Part shown: one piece after another, positions 19,154 through 29,726 of the stretch
How positions within the stretch are numbered: the stretch's first letter is position 1
How the letters are laid out: each line of letters starts with the position of its first letter
NCBI GenBank assembly: GCA_003707115.1
Contig: PPNB01000004.1
Coordinates: 186,001-250,000, forward strand
Source of the DNA: Tortispora ganteri
Taxonomy: Eukaryota
Reading direction: 5' to 3'
DNA length: 64,000 nt
The notes under the pieces: model-generated
What the model was told of the DNA's origin: nothing
Database searches by the model: none
The model's input: the letters and a program-made list of their open reading frames with translations, nothing else
Made by a program: the position numbers and the translations under genes

Positions 19154-22100
19154 ATGTCTGAAAGCGGGACATCTCCTGTGGAATCCGCAGCTGAAGACAA
19201 CCAGGAAATTCAATCATCAACTATTGTGGACTCCACCGTTCCTGTTGAATCTGTTAGCACTGTTGCTGATGATGATAGTCATAGTGTGACTGACCGCGGG
19301 GATACGCAGCTCGTAGATTCTTCACAAAACAATCAATCTGACGCAAATCAGACGGAAAATGACCAGGAAAAGGATGTTGAAGATGAAGCAGATGAAGACG
19401 AAGATGAAAATGAAGTTGAAGGTACAGGTGGTGAAGAAGACGAAGAAATAGAAGATAACGATGGAGAAGACGAAGAGGAAGACGAAGAAGAGGGCGAAGA
19501 AGACGACGAAGAAGACGAAGACGAAGAAGACGACGATATTCAAGGACCTAGACGCAAAAGAGCTCGACCCAATCAATTTCTTGATGTGGAGGCCGAAGTC
19601 GACGAAGATGAAGAAGAAATTGAAGAAGAGGACGATGAGCTTGGCCGGGAAGATGGATTCATTGAAGAGTCCACTGATGCTTTCAATGAAGACGACCGTG
19701 CGCATCGACAATTGGATCGACAAAGGCAAGACCTAGCTGAAGCTGATGCTGAACGAATAGCTGAAGAACTTCGTGAGCGCTATGGTCGTTCGACTGCAGC
19801 TAAATTTCAAGCAGAATCTGGTGTTGTCCCACAGAGATTGCTACTCCCTTCCATTGACGATCCCACGATTTGGGGAGTGCGAGCCAGGCCAGGCCGTGAA
19901 AAGCATGTTGTGGAACACCTAATGCGTAAAAAAATTGCCTTACAGTATACAAAGAACCCTATGCAGATAATCTCGGCTTTCCAGCGTGATTCTTTTGCTG
20001 GATATGTCTACATTGAGGCACGCAAGCAAAGCGCTGTAATGGAAGCGTTGAAAGGTGTTACAAATGTGTTTTTGTCTCGTGTGGTTAAGGTTCCATTGAG
20101 CGAATACACTGATTTATTGCGTGCTCATAAAAGCCAAGATGTTGAACTCAAACCAGGAATGTATGTTCGTATAAAGAGAGGTAAGTACTCTGGTGACCTA
20201 GCTGTTGTCGAGAACTTTGCTGAATCTGGCCTTGAAGTACGTCTCAAAATCATTCCTCGTTTGGACTATGGTAAAGGCCAGGAAAACTCGAGCACAAGGA
20301 AACGACCCACTTCCTCCCTCAAGAATAGGCCTCCAGCCGGACTGTTTTCTGAACAAGAAGCGCTTAAGTACGATCCTCAAAATTTACAGCGCAGAGGCCC
20401 CAACTTGTTCATTTATGCGGGCGACGAATACATTGATGGCTACTTGTTTAAGGATTATAGAATATCTCACCTGGAAACGCAAAAAGTCGATCCACGCCTA
20501 GACGAAGTTATGCGATTTGGAAACGCCGAAGATGATGGAATTGACCTTCGTGCTTTAGCTCAAGCAATTAATAAGCAAGTCAATGTCTTGCAGCCAAAAG
20601 ATCTTGTTGAAATTTTTGAAGGAGAGCAAGCAGGTGTCTCCGGTTATGTTACTTCTGTCGACGGTGATGTCGTTACTCTGGTTCCTGACAGCGGACCTTT
20701 AAAAGGCCAAGGTATTGAGGTACTCGCCTCTGGTGTGAGAAAGCGCTTCTCTACTGGTGATCATGTTAAAGTCGTATCAGGGAGGTACAAGGATAATTCA
20801 GGAATGATTGTGGGTGTCTCAGGAGATGAAGTGACAATAGTCGCAGACAATTCCCAGGAAGAGTTCACTGTGTTTTCACGGGATTTAGTATCTGCTGCAG
20901 AATCTGGCGGTGTTGTGCATTTAGGGAAATATGATCTTCATGATTTGATTCAATTCAATGGTATCAATGTCGGATGCATAATTCGAATTGATCGATTATC
21001 TGTGACAGTGATTGATAGAAATGATGTTGTTACGATAGTTCAAGAAGGGGCAATTTCTCTGAAAATCAAAGAAAAGAATAGCTTTGCAACTGACAAAACA
21101 GGTAATGAAATTCGTACCGGTGATACCATAAAGGAAATTGAAGGTAAACGACGTCAGGGAACTGTTTTGCATATCTATAGAGACGTTCTTTTCTGCCACG
21201 ATAGGAAAATGACAGAGAACTCTGGAGTTTTTGCATGCAAATCTTCTGATTGCATGACAGTAATGGCGAAAGGAGGAAGGGTTTCTTCTGGTCCTGATCT
21301 CAACCGCATGAATCCGAATCTTCAAGTAGGTGCAAATCCTATGAACCCACCTCAAATGGCGCGTTCAGGAGGTCGCGATCAAACTATTGGGAAATCAGTC
21401 AAAATTGCTAAAGGTCCTTTAAAAGGTCTCATAGGAATTGTGAAGGATGCTACGGACTCTACGGCACGCGTTGAATTACATGCGAAAAGTAAGATTATGT
21501 CTATTGACAAGGCTAGTCTTAAGTATGAAAATCCGCGCGGCTCTGGGATTTATGTTTCATACTCGCAATTGATGACCCCTGCTTCTAGAGATAGCCGAGG
21601 CCAGTCATTTATGCCCCAGTTCAGAGGGGATGCTACGCCTATAGGATCTGGAGGTGGAAAAACACCAGCTTGGGCCTCAGGAGGTAAAACTCCGTCTTGG
21701 GCGGCAGGCGGAAAGACGCCATCATGGGGAGCAGGAGGGAAAACTCCTGCCTGGACTGCTGGAGGCCGAACGCCAGGTTATGGTGGTGGTGGAAAGACAC
21801 CGGCATGGAATGCTGACCAAGGACGAACACCGGCATGGAATGCTGACCAAGGGCGAACACCGGCATGGAATGCGGACCAAGGGCGTACGCCTGCGTGGAA
21901 TGGAGATCAAGGACGTAAGCCAGATTGGAGCACTGGAGCTCCAACACCTGGTCTGAGCGCACCCACTCCTGCGAGAAATCCGTGGGATAATGGTTCCAAG
22001 ACACCGGTGTGGGGATCTAATAATGGCGCATCAGTTAATACTCCATACGGGGAGACGCCCTATGCTCGTACACCTGGGGCATTTGACGCTGCGCCGACTC

Positions 22101-22297
22101 CAGCATTCACACCGTTCACAGGAGCACCTACGCCTGGTGCATTTCACTCAAGCTGGGACGAGGCTGCTACACCGGCTGTTGGAGCGGCGACACCGGGAGT
22201 TGGCTGGAATGACAGTGGTGTGGATGGTGATGAAGAAGGCGACGACAACGATAACGATGCAACCTCTCCACAGTACGCCCCGGATAGTCCCGAATGA
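19154..22297 (+). CDS. SPT5: Transcription elongation factor Spt5
   Basis: Acidic N-terminus, NQFLDVEAEVD, NGN domain (LLPSIDDPTIW..GYVYIEA), several KOW motifs, C-terminal TPAW repeats; ATG at 19154. Confidence 0.98.
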   Translation: MSESGTSPVESAAEDNQEIQSSTIVDSTVPVESVSTVADDDSHSVTDRGDTQLVDSSQNNQSDANQTENDQEKDVEDEADEDEDENEVEGTGGEEDEEIEDNDGEDEEEDEEEGEEDDEEDEDEEDDDIQGPRRKRARPNQFLDVEAEVDEDEEEIEEEDDELGREDGFIEESTDAFNEDDRAHRQLDRQRQDLAEADAERIAEELRERYGRSTAAKFQAESGVVPQRLLLPSIDDPTIWGVRARPGREKHVVEHLMRKKIALQYTKNPMQIISAFQRDSFAGYVYIEARKQSAVMEALKGVTNVFLSRVVKVPLSEYTDLLRAHKSQDVELKPGMYVRIKRGKYSGDLAVVENFAESGLEVRLKIIPRLDYGKGQENSSTRKRPTSSLKNRPPAGLFSEQEALKYDPQNLQRRGPNLFIYAGDEYIDGYLFKDYRISHLETQKVDPRLDEVMRFGNAEDDGIDLRALAQAINKQVNVLQPKDLVEIFEGEQAGVSGYVTSVDGDVVTLVPDSGPLKGQGIEVLASGVRKRFSTGDHVKVVSGRYKDNSGMIVGVSGDEVTIVADNSQEEFTVFSRDLVSAAESGGVVHLGKYDLHDLIQFNGINVGCIIRIDRLSVTVIDRNDVVTIVQEGAISLKIKEKNSFATDKTGNEIRTGDTIKEIEGKRRQGTVLHIYRDVLFCHDRKMTENSGVFACKSSDCMTVMAKGGRVSSGPDLNRMNPNLQVGANPMNPPQMARSGGRDQTIGKSVKIAKGPLKGLIGIVKDATDSTARVELHAKSKIMSIDKASLKYENPRGSGIYVSYSQLMTPASRDSRGQSFMPQFRGDATPIGSGGGKTPAWASGGKTPSWAAGGKTPSWGAGGKTPAWTAGGRTPGYGGGGKTPAWNADQGRTPAWNADQGRTPAWNADQGRTPAWNGDQGRKPDWSTGAPTPGLSAPTPARNPWDNGSKTPVWGSNNGASVNTPYGETPYARTPGAFDAAPTPAFTPFTGAPTPGAFHSSWDEAATPAVGAATPGVGWNDSGVDGDEEGDDNDNDATSPQYAPDSPE
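21797..21917 (+). repeat. 30-bp coding tandem repeat (~4 copies) in the Spt5 C-terminal repeat region
   Basis: Unit ACACCGGCATGGAATGCTGACCAAGGRCGA encoding TPAWNADQGR. Confidence 0.9.
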
Positions 22298-22542
22298 GTT
22301 GACTGTTGTTTGATGAAGTAATTAGCCAAAAAAATTAATATTTAGGGTTGAAGCATAAGATACTAATATAAATGTGGAGTAGATATAAGACTTAATGTCT
22401 TACACTTTAAGTGAGGCAGATATTTTTTCAAGAAAATTAGAGTTTTTAGTTAATAGTTGATGCTTAAGTTCATAGAATGGGATTGCGACATCACAGACTT
22501 ATTAAAGGAATTTTATAATAATTGAATACAAAATTGAAAAGA

Positions 22543-23211
22543 ATGCCAGAAACAAGCGAAAGAAAACCATTGCGACTTGGATCTTTAGCTCCTAATTTCA
22601 ATGCTAAAACTACTACAGGTAACATCAATTTTCATGAGTTCATCGGAGATAAATGGGTGATTCTTTTCTCACATCCTGACGACTTTACGCCTGTTTGTAC
22701 GACAGAACTAGGTGCTTTTGCGAAAATCGAACCCGAATTCACGAAAAGAGGAGCTAAATTAATTGGTCTAAGCGCCAATACATTTGAATCTCATATGGAA
22801 TGGCTTAAGGACATATATGATGTGTCTGGATCGCATGTAACATTCCCAATTATAGCAGACTATGATCGCAAAATTGCATATCTTTACGATATGCTTGATT
22901 ATCAAGATATTACGAACATAGACCAGAAAGGTTTACCATTGACAATCAGATCAGTATTCATAATTGACCCTACTAAACATATACGACTAATTCAGAGCTA
23001 CCCTGCGTCAACAGGACGTAATACAGCTGAAATACTACGTGTTTTAGATTCATTGATACTGGGAGACAAAGCAAAAGTCGTTACTCCTATTAATTGGGTC
23101 CCTGGAGACGACGTTATTATACACAATTCAGTATCGGACGAGGAAGCTAAAACGCTCTTCCCAAAGATTGTGGCCATTAAGCCATACTTACGCGTAACTT
23201 CTTTGAAATAA
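22543..23211 (+). CDS. PRX1: 1-Cys peroxiredoxin (Prx6 family)
   Basis: FSHPDDFTPVCTTELG, YPASTGRN; ATG at 22543 with no presequence. Confidence 0.93.
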   Translation: MPETSERKPLRLGSLAPNFNAKTTTGNINFHEFIGDKWVILFSHPDDFTPVCTTELGAFAKIEPEFTKRGAKLIGLSANTFESHMEWLKDIYDVSGSHVTFPIIADYDRKIAYLYDMLDYQDITNIDQKGLPLTIRSVFIIDPTKHIRLIQSYPASTGRNTAEILRVLDSLILGDKAKVVTPINWVPGDDVIIHNSVSDEEAKTLFPKIVAIKPYLRVTSLK

Positions 23212-23450
23212 GTATATATTATTTTGGTATTGGTCGATAATGTATTGTTTTCTACTTTTATAAGAAATGTGTTTAAACAGCACTATATAACCCTTTAATA
23301 TTATAAATCAGACGTCTCCCATATTCTATAACACTCTTAAGTAACCAGGCTTCAAAAAAGGGGGGGGGTGGGTGTTGTTGTCAATCTGACCTACCAACGC
23401 CTTCCCACACTTACCAACTCATACAACTAACCTTCAGTTTCCTGCCTAAA

Positions 23451-23460
23451 TTTTGCCACA
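23451..23460 (-). promoter_or_regulatory. Rpn4/PACE-like element upstream of RPN2
   Basis: TTTTGCCACA = TGTGGCAAAA on the minus strand, one mismatch from GGTGGCAAA, about 75 bp upstream of a proteasome gene. Confidence 0.6.
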
Positions 23461-23533
23461 TAAGTGTCATTTGTACATAAAATCTAGACGTAAATAAATA
23501 TTTTAACAGAATCATTTCTGAAAAAAATTGATA

Positions 23534-26524
23534 ATGAATGACTCAGTAGCTGCTTCTGCTATTGCTCTTCTGAATGAACCAGATGAGGTGCTACAGGTTC
23601 ATGGTCTGGAAACTTTGAACACTATAGTTGACCAACGATGGGCTGAAATATCAGATGCTGTCATGAGAATTGAAGAATTATATGAGACGCCAAATTTTTC
23701 TGCTAGGAATTTAGCAGCTCTTGTTGCATCAAAGGTCTATTACCACCTAGGAGACCTGGATGCCTCTGTTCAGTATGCTCTACACGCGGGCTCTTATTTC
23801 GACATTAATGATAAGACTGAATATACCGAGACAACAATCTCTAAATTCATCGACCATTATATTACTTTATCGCAAAAAATGGTCGGGAAACAGGGATCGA
23901 CCGAATCTGCTGTTAGCCCGGAATTTATTAATATCATCGATTGCCTCTTTGACGATTGCATCTCTAAAGGTAACTATACTTATGCAATCGGCATCGCAAT
24001 CGAGTCTCTGCGTGCTGATATTGTACTTCGTTGCTTAGAACTGAATTTAAAGTCGGATAAGCCTAAACAGTCTTCAAATAAATTGTCTGGCTCAGAACTG
24101 GTTGCTTACGTATACAACGCTGCTCTAACTTTTATCGATCATATTGAATTCAGGACCTCGTTACTCAACCAGGTTTTAGATCTCCTGCTCAATCATGAGT
24201 CTCCTGACTACTATATGACCGCTAAAATTTTGGTTCATTTAAACGATTCTGATCGTGCTGAGATTGTCATCTCAAATTTGCTAGCTGGTACAGAAGAGGA
24301 TAAATACCTAGCTTTTCAAATTGCTTACGATTTTGTCTCTTGGGCAACTCAGGAGTTTTTGAAGAAACTCAAAGACACTTTTTCGCTTAAAGAATCCGAA
24401 GTTACACAGCAAATTGTTCATATATTGTCCGGTGAGCCGTCTGCGGATTTATATGCCACATTTCTTTTCAATAATGATCACACCGATCCTGAAATTTTAG
24501 ATAAGACTTTGTCGGTTCTGGATAGCCGTGCTTCGATATATCACAATGCTATTGCCCTGTCGGCTGCATTTACTGGATGTGGCACGGCACATAGCAGATT
24601 CCTGGATGCTCACAACGATTGGATTAATAAAACCTCAAATTGGAGTAAGTTTTCAGTGATTGCTGGCCTTGGAGTTGTTCATAAAGGAAATTTATCTTCT
24701 GGTCGTCGCGAAATTTCCAAGTTCTTACCAGCCGGTAACGGCCCTACATCTGACGATAATGCATACGCTAAAGGTGGTGCCCTTTATGGATTGGGAATGA
24801 TCTACGCTGGTCACGGGTCGCAAGTAATAGAATACATACGCAATTTTTTGCGGTCTGGTCAAGTTCAAGAATCCACCGAAGGTGAAACTATCCAAAATGG
24901 TGCTTGTCTTGGTGCTGGAGTCGCTGGCATGGCTAGCAAGGACGACTCACTATATGACGAACTGAGATCAGTACTCTTTACCGATTCAGCTGTATCCGGT
25001 GGGGCTGCTGCCATTGCTATGGGCCTTGTGATGCTTGGTTCTGGTGAAGAGGATCAGATAACCGAAGTTATTGAGTATGCCAAGGAGACCAAGCATGAAA
25101 AAATTGTTCATGGAATTTCGATAGGAATTGCCTTGATGATGCTTGGACGTGAAGAACAGGCTGACAATCTTATTGATTCATTGATGGGCGAGCATTCTTC
25201 TCTAAGACTTGGAGGTATTCTTATGATTGCTATGAGTTACGTTGGCACAGGCAACAACAATGCCATTAAGAAATTGTTGCACGTTGCTGTCTCAGATTCT
25301 AATGATGACGTGCGCCGTTCTGCTGTCATGTGTGTCGGGTTTGTTCTTTTAAAGAATCCTAGCGCTGTACCACCAATGATCGAATTGCTAGCCGAATCAT
25401 ACAACCCGCATGTGAGATTCGGTGCTGCCATGGCATTAGGTGTGGCATGCGCGGGCACCGGACTTGAAGCAGCATTGACCATTTTAACAAACATGGCAAA
25501 AGATTCCGTTGATTTTGTCCGACAGGCTGCCTTTTTAGCGCTTGCTATGGTTTCAATAGAACAAAATGACCGCACACTCCCGCAAGTGAAAGAGATTCGT
25601 AAAACTCTTGAATCCACAATCAGCTTGAAACATGAAGAAGCATTGGCCAGGTTTGGTGCAACTGTTGCCCAAGGTATTCTTGATGCGGGAGGCAGAAATG
25701 TTACTATTTCTCTGATAAACAGTCAAACTGGTTCTGTGAATATTCCTGCCGTTGTGGGAATGTGTCTGTTTTCTCAATTCTGGAATTGGTACTCGCTGGG
25801 CCACTTTTTGTCACTTTCTTTTGTTCCTACTGCTATTGTGGGAGTTACCATTGATGGAAAAGTGCCAAAGATCAACTTCAAGTCTACTGCTGACCCCGAA
25901 GATTTTGGATACCCTCCGAAGGTTGCTACACAAGAAGACAAGGCTCCAGAAAAGATTGTTACTGCAGTTTTATCTACCACAGCTAAAGCCCGTGCCCGTG
26001 CCTTAAAGATTGAAAAGGAGAAGTCAGGCATGGATGTCGATGAAGAGGCTGTTGAATCTAATCATGACGCAATGGAGATAGAGTCTGCATTTGAAACTTC
26101 TTCTACGCAAGATGGTTCCAATGGAAAGGACGCAAAATCGGGGGAAACAAAGAATGACAATTCTTGCGCTCCAAAGTCAGAGAAAGTTTTTGAGATAAAG
26201 AACATGTCACGAGCGCTTGAGAAACAATTGAAAACCATAATATTTGACGAGTCTGCTCGTTTCCTTCCTACTAGATTCGATCGAAGCTACAGTGGTATTG
26301 TTGTTCTTAAAGATACCGAACCTGATGCAGCTGTTGAATATGTGCAAACACTTCGTCATATTCACGAAGAAGAGGCCGCATTATCAGCGCAAGCGACTCA
26401 AACAGTATCCGATAACACCCCGTTGAGAAATCGTGTTTCATCAAGAACTGGAGATGGTGAGCCAGAAGCTCCCGTGCCGGAACCTTTTGAGTACCATACG
26501 GATACGGAGTTTGACTGGAATTGA
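23534..26524 (+). CDS. RPN2: 26S proteasome regulatory subunit Rpn2
   Basis: WAEISD, ASKVYYHLG, PC repeats, LLHVAVSDSNDDVRR, ESYNPHVRFG, TAVLSTTAKARAR, C-terminal PEPFEY. Confidence 0.97.
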   Translation: MNDSVAASAIALLNEPDEVLQVHGLETLNTIVDQRWAEISDAVMRIEELYETPNFSARNLAALVASKVYYHLGDLDASVQYALHAGSYFDINDKTEYTETTISKFIDHYITLSQKMVGKQGSTESAVSPEFINIIDCLFDDCISKGNYTYAIGIAIESLRADIVLRCLELNLKSDKPKQSSNKLSGSELVAYVYNAALTFIDHIEFRTSLLNQVLDLLLNHESPDYYMTAKILVHLNDSDRAEIVISNLLAGTEEDKYLAFQIAYDFVSWATQEFLKKLKDTFSLKESEVTQQIVHILSGEPSADLYATFLFNNDHTDPEILDKTLSVLDSRASIYHNAIALSAAFTGCGTAHSRFLDAHNDWINKTSNWSKFSVIAGLGVVHKGNLSSGRREISKFLPAGNGPTSDDNAYAKGGALYGLGMIYAGHGSQVIEYIRNFLRSGQVQESTEGETIQNGACLGAGVAGMASKDDSLYDELRSVLFTDSAVSGGAAAIAMGLVMLGSGEEDQITEVIEYAKETKHEKIVHGISIGIALMMLGREEQADNLIDSLMGEHSSLRLGGILMIAMSYVGTGNNNAIKKLLHVAVSDSNDDVRRSAVMCVGFVLLKNPSAVPPMIELLAESYNPHVRFGAAMALGVACAGTGLEAALTILTNMAKDSVDFVRQAAFLALAMVSIEQNDRTLPQVKEIRKTLESTISLKHEEALARFGATVAQGILDAGGRNVTISLINSQTGSVNIPAVVGMCLFSQFWNWYSLGHFLSLSFVPTAIVGVTIDGKVPKINFKSTADPEDFGYPPKVATQEDKAPEKIVTAVLSTTAKARARALKIEKEKSGMDVDEEAVESNHDAMEIESAFETSSTQDGSNGKDAKSGETKNDNSCAPKSEKVFEIKNMSRALEKQLKTIIFDESARFLPTRFDRSYSGIVVLKDTEPDAAVEYVQTLRHIHEEEAALSAQATQTVSDNTPLRNRVSSRTGDGEPEAPVPEPFEYHTDTEFDWN

Positions 26525-26601
26525 TCAAGATAAATAATATCGTTATTTTTTTAGCGTCAAGGTCGTATTCTAATCGTAAAAATTTGCGAACGAGCCAATT
26601 C

Positions 26602-27999
26602 TCAATTTTGGGCATAATCTCGCGCGATTCCAGCGCGTCCTTGGACTGCCATTGAACCACTACGGTCTATATAGGATTGTGAGTCATAGTCAGTACCGAG
26701 GCCACTCCATAAACGAGATTTGAGCGTTTCAGAGGCAGTAGAAACAGTTGAACCTATAATAAGATGACCATCAAGTTTAGAAGCTAGCGCGGTTTCAGAT
26801 TCAGCATCTATAGCGATATGTGCGCGTAAAGGGGCAGAACTGACGAGTGAACCGGTCACAGGGTTGAATGCAGGTTCATCAGATTCATCAATTTGTGGTT
26901 TTTGAAGACGTAGGATTTCGCCAAAGTCTGTTAGCCATAATCCAGGCCAGACTATTCCTGGTTGTAAGGCTAAATGAAGTTCATATGGAGTAACCAGAGG
27001 TTTATAGAAGTCCGAAGAGTTGAGCAAAAAGTTTATGCCACCATAACCGCAACCAAGAACGACCCAGACATCGACTACTTCGAAATTAGCAAGTTTTGCA
27101 ATGGTGACTTTTCCTACGACAAACGTGTAGGATTTTTTACCGGCAGCAGCCACTATTTCTTTAGTAGATGCTAAAATATCAAGTCTGTCGGAAAGCGAGA
27201 GGGAGTTGACAAGGATACCAATAGTAGAAGCATGCTTAGCTAATTGTGTAGCTTTAAACCGCTTTTGTAATTGTGTTTGAGGGACATGGAAGGAACAGGC
27301 GTCCACGTCATAGACGTGAAGTGATGCAAATATTGTAGAGAGATGCAAAAGTACTGAATCTGGCGCATTTCCTATATATATAAGGGTATAATTATTTAGA
27401 TCAGCAGGTGGATGTGAGTGATGAGGAAGGAATTCTGATGCAGGCAAGGTATGATTTAGGGGTGGCGACCGTATGCGGTCCTCTGTTTCGCTGTGAGGAG
27501 CACCATTATGTACTATAGGTAATATCAATTTGCTGCCTGAATATGAAGCAGACCAAGACAAAATGAAGGGCTCGTAAGATGCATTGCCCATAACAGCTAT
27601 ATGATCTGCATCAAGAGATTCCAAAGCCGCTTCAAATGCTTTTGTATCAAGTGATTCTATTCCACAGGCCCATACCACATGTATACCCGATACTGGGTTG
27701 AAACAAGCGTCACCAAAATGGACAATAACATCTGCATTTGCATGTGATGCAGCATTAATATCGATACAGCACGCACTGTATGAAGTATCAGCCAAGACAA
27801 ACGCTTTCTCGCCAATCTCACGACATATCAATGGCGCATCCGGTAACATATCATCAGGAAATTGTAGTGCAATAGAACTATAGTTTTGAAGGATCTTAAT
27901 CAAATTTGGAAGGTCATATTTCGTCAGATTATGATCTCTAGTTTGTACATTGACTTTACTGTATTCAGGCTCGGTAGCCAAAACAGGCGCAGTCGACAT
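26602..27999 (-). CDS. DPH2: Diphthamide biosynthesis protein Dph2
   Basis: IALQFPD, LADTSYSACCID, VHFGDAC, GKKSYTFVVGK..AKLANF, PLVTPYEL, GRAGIARDY. Confidence 0.95.
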   Translation of the reverse strand: MSTAPVLATEPEYSKVNVQTRDHNLTKYDLPNLIKILQNYSSIALQFPDDMLPDAPLICREIGEKAFVLADTSYSACCIDINAASHANADVIVHFGDACFNPVSGIHVVWACGIESLDTKAFEAALESLDADHIAVMGNASYEPFILSWSASYSGSKLILPIVHNGAPHSETEDRIRSPPLNHTLPASEFLPHHSHPPADLNNYTLIYIGNAPDSVLLHLSTIFASLHVYDVDACSFHVPQTQLQKRFKATQLAKHASTIGILVNSLSLSDRLDILASTKEIVAAAGKKSYTFVVGKVTIAKLANFEVVDVWVVLGCGYGGINFLLNSSDFYKPLVTPYELHLALQPGIVWPGLWLTDFGEILRLQKPQIDESDEPAFNPVTGSLVSSAPLRAHIAIDAESETALASKLDGHLIIGSTVSTASETLKSRLWSGLGTDYDSQSYIDRSGSMAVQGRAGIARDYAQN

Positions 28000-28161
28000 A
28001 CCTTATTTTAATAGACCAAACAGTTAATCTCTATATATTTGCTAAAGGGGACTCAAAAATTCAAAAGCAGACAAGGTATTTGCAGAAAAAGAAAATTAGA
28101 AAGTAGCGATACTGGCGTAAGAGAAAAAACTGATCTCTGAAAATCAATTTTGGGAATAATC

Positions 28162-28202
28162 TAGCCAATAGTAGAGTATGAATTAATCACTATTAGCCAA
28201 TA
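28162..28202 (+). promoter_or_regulatory. Tandem CCAAT boxes (Hap2/3/5-type) in the DPH2/COX10 divergent promoter
   Basis: TAGCCAATA repeated at 28162 and 28194, upstream of a heme A/respiration gene. Confidence 0.5.
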
Positions 28203-28380
28203 AGGATTTCTAAAGATCGAGGAACTTTAATGATATGAACTTTTCAGTAGAAGGAATACCCAGTGAGTGTTTTGGCATTTCTCTATTTCCTCATTCGGGG
28301 AGAAAGAAGAGAATATATATTGCGTAATTGTGTCGATTAATTGCCTTTAGAATTTCTGGAAATTGTTAATTTAGATAGTC

Positions 28381-29616
28381 ATGTTAAGTTGCAGGCCAAG
28401 GTCTTGCAAGTTCTTGATGAACGTTTCTCGAAGACATGACATACAATGGGCGCGTTGTGCGAGTGCAACATCCGCCAACACTCGGTTAAGTACGCGTGTT
28501 TCCACTAAATTCTCATTTGAAAATAATAAGGCTATGGATAGACGGCTGGCAACCCCTGCAGAAATTATAATGGACCGCAAAACCATGGCAAGTGCTTACC
28601 CATTTCCCGTAAAGCCGATTACAGCGACAAAACGACCACAAACACTCAAATTATCACTCAAAAAGCGAATATCGCCATACATTACACTTGCTAAACCTAA
28701 TCTAACACTTTTGGTTACAATAACAGCACTTGGATCGTATGCAATCGTGCCTGAATCTGCTAGCGCTGGACCTACAGATCCTCTAACTCTCATGTTTCTT
28801 AGTTTAGGCACTGCACTGGATTCCGCATGTGCGAATAGCATTAATATGGGACGCGAGCCATTATTTGACGCGAAAATGCAGCGAACATGTACTAGACCAG
28901 TTGTGAAGGGTTCTGTATCAGTACGTGGGTCATTTATATTTGCTCTTGCGTGTGGCATTTTAGGCACAACGATTTTGTCATATGGCACTAATAATACTGT
29001 TGCAGCGTTAGGAATAGCGAATATTGTGCTGTATTCAGGTGTATATACCTCATTAAAGCGAATATCCATCGCTAATACATGGATAGGGGCCATTGTTGGG
29101 GCTATCCCACCGTTAATGGGTTGGGCTGCCGCTAGTAATGGAGACTTAACGCATCCTGGCGCCTGGTTCTTAGCCGGACTATTATATTTTTGGCAGTTTC
29201 CACATTTTAATTCTCTTTCATACACTATTCGTGACGAATACAAAAGAGCCGGATACGTCATGACAGCATTTACGGATCCGGAACTAAATGCGCGCGTTAG
29301 CCTGCGAAGTGCTATTGCGCTTTTTCCTATTTGCATTGGATTAGCTTATACAGGAGTGACAGATTGGGTATTCCCCTTCGATAGTAGCATTGCAAATTTA
29401 TATTTAGCATATCTGTCATATGTATTTTGGAAGATAAAGGAAGACAAACCAACAGAGAGGAGGTTAGCCGCTAGACGTGCATTTTTTGCATCGATTATTC
29501 ATCTACCAATCGTATTCGGATTGGCAATTCTTCATAAGAAAGGTTTAGTTGAGAGGTTTTGTTCTTTCGTTGGGTTGAATATCAGGAAAAAGAATTCAAA
29601 ATTGGAACCCAGTTAA
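28381..29616 (+). CDS. COX10: Protoheme IX farnesyltransferase, mitochondrial
   Basis: Presequence-like N-terminus; LAKPNLT, NMGREPLFDAKMQRT, YTSLKR..NTWIGAIVGAIPPLMGW, WQFPHFNSL. Confidence 0.96.
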   Translation: MLSCRPRSCKFLMNVSRRHDIQWARCASATSANTRLSTRVSTKFSFENNKAMDRRLATPAEIIMDRKTMASAYPFPVKPITATKRPQTLKLSLKKRISPYITLAKPNLTLLVTITALGSYAIVPESASAGPTDPLTLMFLSLGTALDSACANSINMGREPLFDAKMQRTCTRPVVKGSVSVRGSFIFALACGILGTTILSYGTNNTVAALGIANIVLYSGVYTSLKRISIANTWIGAIVGAIPPLMGWAAASNGDLTHPGAWFLAGLLYFWQFPHFNSLSYTIRDEYKRAGYVMTAFTDPELNARVSLRSAIALFPICIGLAYTGVTDWVFPFDSSIANLYLAYLSYVFWKIKEDKPTERRLAARRAFFASIIHLPIVFGLAILHKKGLVERFCSFVGLNIRKKNSKLEPS

Positions 29617-29726
29617 ACATTTCATCTTATGACTTTTAATTCACAAGAACATGGACCAATGTAATGAAATTTTTTCTTTTTTCATTAACGAAAACGTAAA
29701 AAAATAGAGATAAAATATATACCTCT

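Noticed and set aside
19370..19640. GAA/GAC-rich repeat tract (also the 12-bp repeats at about 29815-29850)
   Set aside because: Encodes ordinary acidic or Ser-Asp low-complexity regions of Spt5 and Jip5; not CRISPR or satellite DNA.
22522..22542. TTG-initiated N-terminal extension of PRX1 as a mitochondrial presequence
   Set aside because: Only 7 codons, immediately preceded by in-frame stops; too short.
23426..23437. ACTAACCTTCAG, resembling a branch point plus acceptor upstream of RPN2
   Set aside because: No convincing donor upstream, and RPN2 is complete from ATG 23534.
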